A stretch of DNA of 63,884 nucleotides, filler included, from Octopus bimaculoides (Eukaryota): NCBI RefSeq assembly GCF_001194135.2. It is 4 parts of 4 records of this genome, joined end to end, with 100 filler letters (N's around TTAATTAATTAA, not from the genome) between each part and the next. Parts side by side here need not be neighbours in the genome. Positions count along the whole stretch, not along the records: positions 1 to 31,567 come from NC_068986.1; 3 more parts are not named here. One strand, given 5' to 3'. The position numbers and the translations under genes are program-made. Position 1 is the stretch's first letter. Every line of letters starts with the position of its first letter. Under the pieces are notes generated by a model. It did no database searches. It was given only the letters and a program-made list of their open reading frames with translations, and had not been told where the DNA came from. Below, one piece after another: positions 11,277 to 22,200 of this stretch.

Positions 11277-11682
11277 GGCGATCTTACGGTACGAGTCCTA
11301 AATATCGGCCTTTTCCGTAAAAAGTGTCTTCGGCGATCTTTACCAAAGATCGGCCTTTTCCGTAAAAAGTGTCTTCGGCGATCTTTACCAAAGATCGGCC
11401 TTTTCCGTAACACCCGCACGATCTTCAGTACGGTGTTAGGGTCAGGGTTAGTGTTTAGGGTTAGGGTTAGGGTTAGGGTTAGGGACGGAATTCCTTAACC
11501 CAAACCCTAACTCTAAACCCTTCAAAATAAATCGCGCTCTCTGTATGTCTTTCGCTTTTATGACGTCGTTTCCCTGTTTCTCTCCAACACTTTTTACGGA
11601 AAAGGCCGATCTTTGGTAAAGATCGCCGAAGACACTTTTTACGGAAAAGGCCGATATTTAGGACTCATACCGTAAGATCGCT
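11277..11682. mobile_element. Non-autonomous TIR element (Merlin-like) with 96-bp TIRs, 45-bp subrepeats and telomeric core
   Basis: TIRs 11277-11372 and 11587-11682 match at 94 of 96 positions. 8-bp TSD CCTTATTT at 11269-76 and 11683-90. The 5' end is GG. The superfamily call is inference. Confidence 0.8.
11436..11520. repeat. Interstitial telomeric repeats, (TTAGGG)n followed by degenerate (CCCTAA)n
   Basis: Five perfect TTAGGG at 11455-11484, the palindrome GGAATTCC at 11487-94, then degenerate C-strand units. Confidence 0.9.
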
Positions 11683-11814
11683 CCTTATTTCTAAGAGAGA
11701 TCACATAGCACATAATAATAATTAGGCTATAAATGTTCTTCACACAAGCACCTTTACCTATGGTAACAATAATTTGAAGAGTGTCCCAGCTTGGGCTTAG
11801 GAAATTATGGTTTC

Positions 11815-12000
11815 ATTCATTACACTGCGACCATACTGGAGCACTGCCTTGAAGTATTTTAGTCGAACGAATCGACCCCAGTATTCATTTTTTAAAGCCG
11901 GGTACTTTATCGGTTTCTTCTACGAACCGCTGGTTTACAGGGACATAAATACATCAACACCCATTGTCAAGCATTGGTGGGGATCAAACAGATACAATGA
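11815..12000 (-). mobile_element. SINE family B, diverged 3' part
   Basis: Reverse complement of the family B tail (GGTGCTCCAGCATGGCCGCAGT). Confidence 0.7.
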
Positions 12001-12609
12001 AACACATGCGCACACACGCACCACATAGATATACATATATCCACTGGAATGGATTAGTTCTTAGAGTCTTTTACCTATTACTAAACATATCCATTTAGAC
12101 TATGCATGCATTGAGTACTTTCGAATACTATCTATCTATCTATCTATCTACCTGTGTGTGTGTAACATATACTGAGAGAAAACCGCACGAAGGCCAGTGT
12201 TCCTTCTGGTATTTTTCAGATTGGTATGCAAAGATTTCTCCTCTCATGATTTTGTTAAAGGCCGATGCGCATCCCCCCTGCTCTCCCGCGTCAGACAGGA
12301 CTTATGGATCAAAGTTACCCTCAGTGTGCGGATCTGGCCTTGGATGCTGGTAACAGAGTCGATTCCACCAGAAGCAACCAATGAACAGGTGGTGGTACTA
12401 ATCCGGATGGCGTAATTAAGTCTATCGTCCAAGAGTAGGAATGAACCCACCAAAGGCCTATGGTTGACTCTGGTTGAGGACATTTGTTCAAGTTACCGTT
12501 CTGCTGGACACAAGGAGGTCAAACAAAGAAGAGTGGAATACTGTTTTAGGGAGACAGATGGGTAGATAGATAGCCATCTATCTATCTAGCTAGCTAGCTA
12601 GATAGATAA

Positions 12610-12648
<39 letters not shown>

Positions 12649-12658
12649 NNNNNNNNNN

Positions 12659-12699
<41 letters not shown>

Positions 12700-13633
12700 A
12701 GGGGACATTGATTGACTGAAAGAGAGAGAGGAGACATTGACTGACTGAGAGAAAGAGAGAGAGAGAGGCTGACTGATAGATAAATAGATACACAGACAAA
12801 TAAATACATAGATAGACGGGTAGATAGACAGATAGATAGATAGGTAGAAAGCTAGCTAGATAGATAGACTGAGAGGTAGACTAGTCATAAATACATGAAG
12901 AAATAGCTAGATAGACAGACAGACAGACAGATAGATAGATAGCGTTAGGGTGATACAGGTCGAGATAGCTATTTAAAATAAATGATAACTGTTAATAACA
13001 AATAGTTCTCCCAATAAAGTGAAATACGCAACGAAATAAACATTAATAATCAGATAGATATATCAACAAAAACCATCTCGTACAGTAAATCACGCGCGCG
13101 CACACACACACACATGTACAACTATTATACAGGACGCGCACACACATACAATTGCAGAGCCGGAAACGGGAAGAGATGAAAAAAAAAAGAAACACAAAAA
13201 ACAAAGAAAAGAAATAAAAGATGAAAATAATGAGATCTATACTAAGAGGAAAAAAAAAAATCTCGTTCTTTCTCACACGCAAACACAGTTTTTTTTTTGT
13301 TTTTCCTCTCTTACTAACTCATACATTTACACACGCACCAATCACTCCGATGTTTGCCTCTCTCTGTCTCACATACACTAACGGAGGTTTCTAAATTTCA
13401 CTCACGCATCTGTCACTTTTCTTCTGTATATATACATTAAATACTTTATTTATACTTCTATGCACACACACAATCTCGTTACACATACTTCCGCAGTTTC
13501 TTTTCGTTTTGTGTACACGGTCACCTAGACGAGTACACACAAATATTAAGTGTCTCATCTCTTTGACGTACTTACAACTGTCTCTCTGTATGTGTTTGTA
13601 TCATACATGCGTGCATATGAGAACACATGTGTA

Positions 13634-13968
13634 GGCGCAGGAGTGGCTGTGTGGTAAGTAGCTTGCTTACCAGCCACATGGTTCTGGGTTCAGTCCCACT
13701 GCGTGGCACCTTGGGTAAGTGTCTTGTGAGTGGATTTGGTAGACGGAAACTGAAAGAAGCCCGTCGTATATATGTATATATATGTATGTGTGTATATGTT
13801 TGCATGTCTGTGTTTGTCCCCCCAACTTCGCTTGACAAAAGAGACCGATAGAATAAGTACTAGGCTTACAAAGAATAAGTCCTGGGGTCGATTTGCTCGA
13901 CTAAAAGATGGTGCTCCAGCATGGCCGCAGTCAAATGACTGAAACAATTAAAAGAGTAAAAAAGAGTA
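13634..13968 (+). mobile_element. tRNA-derived SINE family B with internal deletions
   Basis: Head GGCGCAGGAGTGGCTGTGTGGTAAG...GGTTCAGTCCC, CORE-like CCTTGGG(C/T)AAGTG motif, internal microsatellite and TAAAAGAG tail. Confidence 0.88.
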
Positions 13969-14684
13969 TACATATATATTGGCGGTGCTCCAGCATGACA
14001 ACAACCTTTGGGCTGGGACACACAGAGCCATGTCTGTATGCATAATATATGTACATATCTGTATATATGTACATACAAACATATGTAAGTGTGTACGTGA
14101 GAGAAGGGGAAAGAAAGAGAAACAGAATGTGCGTATGTATATATATATATGTCTGGAAACAAACTGACACAGGCACTAAACTCCCTTTCTATCTTATTTC
14201 CTCGCTATTCCTGTTTCTTCGTCAATTTGTAATAGAGTCGACGCTTTCGCTTTCGCCGCCTCTGACCTCTGTCACTGAGGTGGGTTTACTGGCCGATGGG
14301 ATTGGGAAAGGCGGCTGGGAGTGGTAGTGGCAGAAGAAGAGACAAAGGGCAGCAGAGAGAAAGAAGTCCGTGTTACAGGGAGAAAGAAGTACGTGTTAGG
14401 GGGAGACCGTGAAATGCTGAAAGTAAATAGATTCCAGGTGTAAGAGAGGAAGAGAGAAGCAAGGAAAGCGAGAAAGAAGCAGGAGGGATAAGTAGAAAGT
14501 AAATATATTCGTGTGTAAATAGAGAAAGACAAATAGAAAAATAGAGGAAAGGAGGAAAAGAGGAATTGAGACGGGCGAAAAAGAAAATAAAGACCCCAGA
14601 AGGAAAGGAAGAGTTAGATGGTGTAGAGAGAGATTTTTAGAGAAAGTGTAATTGTTATGGGTAGGTGAATTAAAAGAGATCGAG

Positions 14685-14734
<50 letters not shown>

Positions 14735-15613
14735 GGAGAGAAAGAAACGGAGAGAGAGACAGAGAGTAACTGAAACTGAACTCGAAACCGCATGCATGGT
14801 TGCATACGGAATCGGTTTCAATCCCATTGCGCGATACCTAGCTGACCAATTTGAGTGAATTTGATAGTCGCAAACTTGTTTAGAAATGTGAAATGCGTAC
14901 GTATGCGTGTGTGCAATGTGTGTGTGTGTATGAGTTTCTCACCACTTGATAACCGGTGGTGGTTTGTTAATGTTCCCGGAGCTTAGCGTTTCGGCTAAAA
15001 CGGACCGATAGGATCAGTATCAGACTTTAAAATTAATAAAGTACAGGGGTCGATTTGATTGACTCCCCCCCGCCCCTTCAAGGTGGTGCCCTAGCTGGCC
15101 GCACTCTTCTGTCTAGAACAAATACAAAAAAAAGCAGTATATATATATAAAGAGAGAGATAATTAGAGGATGTATAAAAAAAGACGAAAACATTTTGAGA
15201 GAAAATGAGGAGACGATGGGGAAACTATGAAGAGCAATAAAAAAAAAGGACAATAATAAAAGGGGGAAAGTAAATAAATATAAAAAAATGTGAGGGAAGG
15301 AGAAAAAAAAGGGAAGATTGGGTAAAAATGAAGAGAGAAAAAGCTTAGAAAGGAAGTGAGATTAGATAGATAGATAGATAGATAGATAGATGGAGGGAGA
15401 GAGAGACTAAGTGATAAATAAAAAAGAGAAAGAGTGCCGAGATTGGAGATAGTCTTGGGCAAACATCAAAGGCTTGGGCGCTAAAACATTTAATTCAGAC
15501 GCGTAACACAACTGTCCAAGGCGTCACTACTGATTTCTTTTAACTTCTTTTGTTCTCAAGCGTCACCTGCTACCAGGCCAAATTCCCTCAACCTGACACG
15601 GTGCGTGTGTTTG

Positions 15614-15646
<33 letters not shown>

Positions 15647-15894
15647 AATTACATATATGTAAATACGCGCGCGTGTGTGTGTGTGTGTGTATAGGGAGAT
15701 TAGGAATAAGGGAGAACAGAACAAGTAGAAGAACAAGACCGAGCGAATAAAAAAAAAACCGATAAAGATGGTGGAGTCGGGGAGAGAGAGAGAGAGAACG
15801 AGAGATAGGAAGAGAAAGAGAGGAAGTGTTCACACACACACGTACATTGATGCATACACACACACAGTAAATACGTCTAGTGGAGGGGAAAAAC

Positions 15895-15959
<65 letters not shown>

Positions 15960-17816
15960 ATTTTCAGTCATTCCGTTTATTTCACACACACACATATAGC
16001 GAGAGGGAGGAATAGAAACATCGAAAAGTATTAACGGATCTCTGATAAAAGGAGCAACAAAAAAAAGACAAGGTTAGATTTGACTACAAAATAAGCAACA
16101 ATAAAAAAAAACCATATAGAGAGCGAAGATAAACCACAACAGACACAGAAACACACACACAGTAATGAAAGAGAAATAGTGTTAGAAGAATCAAAGAGAA
16201 AGACACGGTTAGATAGATAAATAAATGGCGAAAGAGAGAAAGAATGAGAAGCTAGCAGTGAGTCGACGGGAGGCTGGCGATGAAAGAATAGGGGGAAGAG
16301 AAGAAATTTGTTGTTGTGTAGCCCTAGGTCAGCCCGATGATCAAAGACGTTCCAATACTGATTATCCTATCACATTATCCAATGTGCCCTTCCCGTGATG
16401 AAGTCCGTAATTTGAGGGAGATTTGGCTGCTATTTCCAGCAATGCGAGTCAGAGTTGTAGCTCAGTCTCTTGTTGCCTCGGATTTTTTTCGGCTCTGATC
16501 GAGCAGACATGATCAGAGGCGTTCTCGCCGTGACCGTCCCCATTCCCTCTTTTCAGAGGTATGTAGGACTACATTGCTGAATGTGTCCTTTCTTTGCTTT
16601 AAAGAGGGTAGCGCGTTTTGAGGGGGATTTCGCTGCTTTTTCTAGCAGGTCGAACTATGAGTGAATGAAGTAGGAGAGCGAATACTTTTGATAAAGTGAT
16701 ATATATATATATATATGTGTATATATACGCGTGTGTGATAGATAGAGTGAGAGAAAGTGTGTGCGTGTGACGAAGAGAAAGGGAAATTAGTTATAGGAAC
16801 CTGATGCTGAATGGAAGAATATAAAAATGTGCGGAAGGAGAGAAATAGAGAATTAAATAGAATATAGAACAGATGAGAGAGGGAGAGAGAGTAGAAGGGA
16901 GTCTGACACTGGTGAAGGGAAAATAGAAAGGAAAGAGGACAAGTGATTTAGAGAAGAGGGTGTGAGAGAGAGAGAAAGAGTAAGAGAATAAGAAAGAGTG
17001 AACATAGACAGATAGAAATGTGAAAGAGAGAGATAAAACAGAGAGAAAGAGTGGTGGGATAAGTTACGATATTGGCCTCTAACGAGAGAATGTCGGCTAA
17101 ACATCTGAAGGCTAGTGTTGGTGTTAGATTTTAACTCCACAGACTGGCACACGGGCTTTTGAGTAGAACAAACACACATACACACTGCCAATCATTCACT
17201 CACTCATTGACACACACACACACACACACGCACGCATACTATTTCTTTCTTTTTCTCTTCTCTCTCTCTCTCCTGTACAGACACACAGACACAGAACCGG
17301 GTAACCTGTTTAATGTTTTTGATTTCTATTAAGGAAGCTGGCATTTAATTCGCAGCTTTACTGAGAGGTCTTAAAAGAAAAACACCCAAAAAAAAAAAAG
17401 AAAAAAGACAGAAAGAAAGTGGAGATAAAAGAGAAGAGAAGAAATACACGGAAAATTATTCTGCTGTTTATAACCTAACTGTACATAACACCAACGGATT
17501 TGAATAATAGGACAATACTAGTTGGATTTTGACATTTTATTTAAAAAAAAAAATTTACACACATCGAAAAGAAAATGAGAAAGACAGTCAGATGAAAGGA
17601 AATATCCTTTGATTTCGTTATGTAGCTTGTTTTATTCCAAATAACCTACTGTATAAATCAGTTTATTTATCGTCTCTTCCTGGTACGAATCAAGCACCTT
17701 TGGATGAAGAAGGGAAGTGTGAGATTGACAGACAAGATAAATATATAGAAGAGGGGGAAAAGAGCACAGCAGTACACGGCGGCGGTGTTGCGTTAATAAG
17801 TACGAAGAGTGAGCGC

Positions 17817-17863
<47 letters not shown>

Positions 17864-18339
17864 AAGAGGCGAAAGGGAAGAGGTAACTTGAAAATGAAAA
17901 AGTGATTGTAGGAAGAGAGAAATCACCACAAAGGTGGTAACAAGTATTACAGAAAAAACGTTAAAAAAGCCGAAAAACAAAAGCAGGATTCTTTATCTAC
18001 ACACATGGACGTATATATAAATATATATATATACATACAAGGAGAGAGAGAAAGATAGAGTGAATGAAAGAGAGAGAGCTGGAGGTAAAAAGAAAAAAAA
18101 AATAGATGTGTAGAAAGATAAATTGAAAAAAAAATAGGCTATCGAATATATTATATACATATTTATAAAGAAGAGATGAATGAATGATGTATATATAGAA
18201 AGAGATTGAAAGATGTACTCAGAAATATGTATCTATCAATATGAATGGTGAGAGAGGGTGATAGTTAGAGAGAGAAAGGGTAAGAGGTATTGAAAGGGGG
18301 AAAAGTGGAAAAAAGAAGCAACGTATACGGATATAGACA

Positions 18340-19090
18340 CGCGTGCTCAGTCTCTCTCTCTCTCTCTCACAGTCACACGTACGCAGGCGCGCACACACGC
18401 AGGAGCGCTACGAGAGAAGCTGCAGGAGGGAGAACGAACAGAGGAGAAATACAGAAAGACTGCTAAAGAACAAACTCAAAAAAGACTCAGATCTATACCC
18501 GCACACACTCTATATATCTATATATTACAATAGAAAGGACGCAAAGAAAATATAGATGTGCATATAGTATTTTTTTCTTTGTGGTGGGGTGAAAGATGGA
18601 TGATGAAAACTTGTGTTGTTGGCCGCCGCATCATCATCCGTCGTCGTCCTCCTCTCTATTGTTGCCGATGGTGGCGGAGATGATGAAACTGAACAAGATG
18701 ATGATAATGATGATGGTAGTGGTGGTGGTTGCCTCTCGTCGAGTGTGAAAAGACCATGCTGCAAAGGAGGGCTGTACTCACAGTATGTAACTCTGATGCG
18801 AGGAGCTGCTGCTGCTGCTAGTAAGACCGACGTGTCCATTTTGTAAGCGAGCCGCTCATTGGTCGATTGCTGGCTACATGCTCTTAATTGGGCGCTATTA
18901 GCTTCGAATGTCTTTACGTAGTATTTTCATGGCGGATTCAAAACGTGTGTCGGGAGTCTTTTGATATTAATCTTTATAAAAAAAAAAAAAAAGAGGGGGA
19001 AAAAAAAATAACAAACAGAAAAAAGAAAAAACAAACAGGAAAGCAGACAAACAAAACAAAAATTACGTATCTTTTAAACTTTCTTTGACC
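18340..19090 (+). promoter_or_regulatory. Putative proximal promoter / long 5' leader of TCF
   Basis: CpG-retaining sequence with CGCG motifs and (CT)n/(GA)n tracts. There is no AG acceptor just before the ATG, so the start exon extends upstream. The TSS cannot be located from sequence. Confidence 0.45.
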
Positions 19091-19234
19091 ATGCCGCACG
19101 TTAGTTCGGGCGGCTCCGAGGACTTTTTCTCTAAAGACGAGGTCAAAGTTTATAAAGATGAAGGCGAAGAAGAGAAGCGATCCTCGGAAAATCTTTCCGA
19201 AGATAAGTTGGGTTTAGTAACTGAGAGTGAAGAG
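19091..19234 (+). CDS. TCF: TCF/LEF (pangolin) coding exon 1, N-terminal beta-catenin-binding domain, 48 aa; partial gene
   Basis: Translates MPHVSSGGSEDFFSKDEVKVYKDEGEEEKRSSENLSEDKLGLVTESEE. This matches the TCF/LEF N-terminus (MP-x-x-x-SGG, DE-x-x-x-F/Y-KDEG, LVxESE). The ATG has an accATG context and the exon ends at a canonical phase-0 donor GAG|GTATGT (GT at 19235). Confidence 0.95.
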
Positions 19235-22200
19235 GTATGTTTTCGCCAAAAAAGAAAAAAAAAAAAATGTGCTGATTATTTATCTTTCCTATATGTCTAC
19301 AGCTATGTAATGTACANNNNNNNNNNNNNNNNNNNNNNNNNNNNNNNNNNNNNNNNNNNNNNNNNNNNNNNNNNNNNNNNNNNNNNNNNNNNNNNNNNNN
19401 NNNNNNNNNNNNNNNNNNNNNNNNNNNNNNNNNNNNNNNNNNNNNNNNNNNNNNNNNNNNNNNNNNNNNNNNNNNNNNNNNNNNNNNNNNNNNNNNNNNN
19501 NNNNNNNNNNNNNNNNNNNNNNNNNNNNNNNNNNNNNNNNNNNNNNNNNNNNNNNNNNNNNNNNNNNNNNNNNNNNNNNNNNNNNNNNNNNNNNNNNNNN
19601 NNNNNNNNNNNNNNNNNNNNNNNNNNNNNNNNNNNNNNNNNNNNNNNNNNNNNNNNNNNNNNNNNNNNNNNNNNNNNNNNNNNNNNNNNNNNNNNNNNNN
19701 NNNNNNNNNNNNNNNNNNNNNNNNNNNNNNNNNNNNNNNNNNNNNNNNNNNNNNNNNNNNNNNNNNNNNNNNNNNNNNNNNNNNNNNNNNNNNNNNNNNN
19801 NNNNNNNNNNNNNNNNNNNNNNNNNNNNNNNNNNNNNNNNNNNNNNNNNNNNNNNNNNNNNNNNNNNNNNNNNNNNNNNNNNNNNNNNNNNNNNNNNNNN
19901 NNNNNNNNNNNNNNNNNNNNNNNNNNNNNNNNNNNNNNNATATATATGCGTGTGTGTGTGTGTGTGTATGCACGCACTTGTTATTTATCGTGTTGCAAAT
20001 CCATTTATTTAATTAAAAAAAAAGAAGAGAAATCTAAAACAAAAATACCTTGGAATCATCACATTTCTTATCGGATGTAGCCTTAATTTTATTTACAAAA
20101 TTGGAAATAGTATGTTTTGTTGTGATTGTCAGTTTTGGAAGATCTTATATTACTCTATGCATTACCCTATATGAAATATACATATAATGTGATTCCTCTT
20201 TGGCCTACTCCTTCGAGCTGGAATCACTCGATGATTGTTTAGTGGTCGGCCGCTTTTTAATTTGTCGTGTTTAATCAATGATCGATATGTTGTAACATAA
20301 CACAAACATACGCACTCACACATTTTATACACTTGTAGGATATGCTTATCTTACTATCCATCCTATGGATGAGTTAAGCCGTTCATTTCTAGAGGAATTC
20401 GTATAGAAGAACATCAGAATATTTTTATTTATTTTTATATTGTAAGCGTGGCAGCCAGCGATCCCCACTTTTTTAATAAAAAAAAGATATATCTGTACTA
20501 AAACCAGAAAAAAATAAACAAAAGCTGTGGTCACAATATTAAAAAAAGAAAATGGTCAAGTGATCTCGTATATACAACCCTTATGTGTGTGTGTGTAATT
20601 ATCTTTTATCTCAATGTGTCTATCTTTCTATCTCTGCTGACATCAAAGGAATTGTGTCGATTGTTTGCATACCGTCACCAGTCTTGACAAAATGACCTGA
20701 TTTTTACTATTATTTTTATTATTATTACATAGTTACTAATTTTTCATGTTTTATCTTGACACATGAATACATGCACACAAGTACACACTGATCTGGTAAT
20801 ATATCTATACCTATCTTTACTAAATTGTCTATCTCTTCGTATTTATATATACATAATACGATGATCTATAATCGTATCTGTATATACGAGTGTATGTGTG
20901 TGTGTGTATTTATATATTAGTCGTATAACAAGCACAACTTGCACTATTGCCCGTTATGCGCCTGTAGTATGAAGTAGGATTGTATAGAAGTTATTTTGAT
21001 CGATAACTATATTGGCAATTAAATTTAAGGCGATTGTTCGTTGTAGGTCAGATGAAAGTGAATGTGAGAGATGTAGTAAAAAAACCGAAAAATATCTATA
21101 TATATATAGCTATACATATATTTAAATCCCAAATTCATATCTTCATATCTGTATACAATTTGTGAATATGTAGATATGTATTGCTTTTCGGTGTTAGCTG
21201 GTCACAAACTGGGGGGTCTCGCTTTCATGTTTTTATCTACTTAATTTTCCAGTTTTTTTTTTCACTGATTTAACTGTCACAGATCTTTTATTCATTTTAG
21301 CAGGTTAGAGATTTTTATATGTGTGGTGTGTGTACACACAGACCCTACTTGACATTTATAAAGCTTTTGTGTGTGTGTGTGTATATTTTCTTTCTATATT
21401 TATCTTCGGTTAATGCAATTTTTCTAACCGGGTCTATTAGACCATATGATGATGTGTTGGTGCTGTGTGTGTGTGTTCTGTTTATTACGTGTATATGTGA
21501 GTGTGTATGTTTATAGTTGTGCTATGTCCGCATTAAAATTATTCCAATTTATTTATTGATGATCTTTAGTAGAAGGCTTTTAAAAAATAAAAAGAAAGAA
21601 AGCTACATTCAGCAGTGTGGAGGCTGGGAATTACTGAAACTCCACCGTGTAGTAGTTTGTTTAAGGTGCGTGTCGTGTGTGTATGTGTGTGTGAATTAAG
21701 CAGAATAACACTTGTGTAAAATTTTGTCCTTTTGCTTGAGTGAGATAACATTTCTTTTATGGATATTCTCTAGACACGCACAAACGCACAAATATGCGCG
21801 TGTGAACTCATACATACTATTAAATGCATTCTCTTTCTATATATACATTAATACACACACGCATTCTCTTCTTTAAACACACACACAGATATATATATAG
21901 GTATATATATATACACGCTTATAAATACATACACGTTCACACACATGCATCCTTTCTCTTCTGTAAATTAATAAATACACACACACACGTGTGGTGTGTG
22001 CGCGTATGTATATGAATGCGTTCGCAGATGTCCACGTAAATGAGAACGTTTGCACATTCATTCATATTTGTGTGTTCCTCTCTCTCTCTCTCTCTTTCCC
22101 CTTCTCAAACACACACACACACACATTTGTTTGACTGCTCTGTGTACACAGACTCTCGAACACACATACACACGTGTATGTGTAATATTTTTTTATGGCT

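Noticed and set aside
11304-11410. 45-bp palindromic direct repeats as a CRISPR array
   Set aside because: No spacers, no cas genes and a eukaryotic context; they are subrepeats of a TIR, mirrored on the other arm.
11436-11520. Telomere fusion scar or telomerase-healed break
   Set aside because: Very short and enclosed by matched TIRs and a TSD, so it arrived as part of a mobile element.
18525-18846. Overlapping 104-aa (-) and 77-aa (+) ORFs as protein genes
   Set aside because: Openness is explained by trinucleotide repeats; no recognisable domain, and the + ORF lacks an early ATG.
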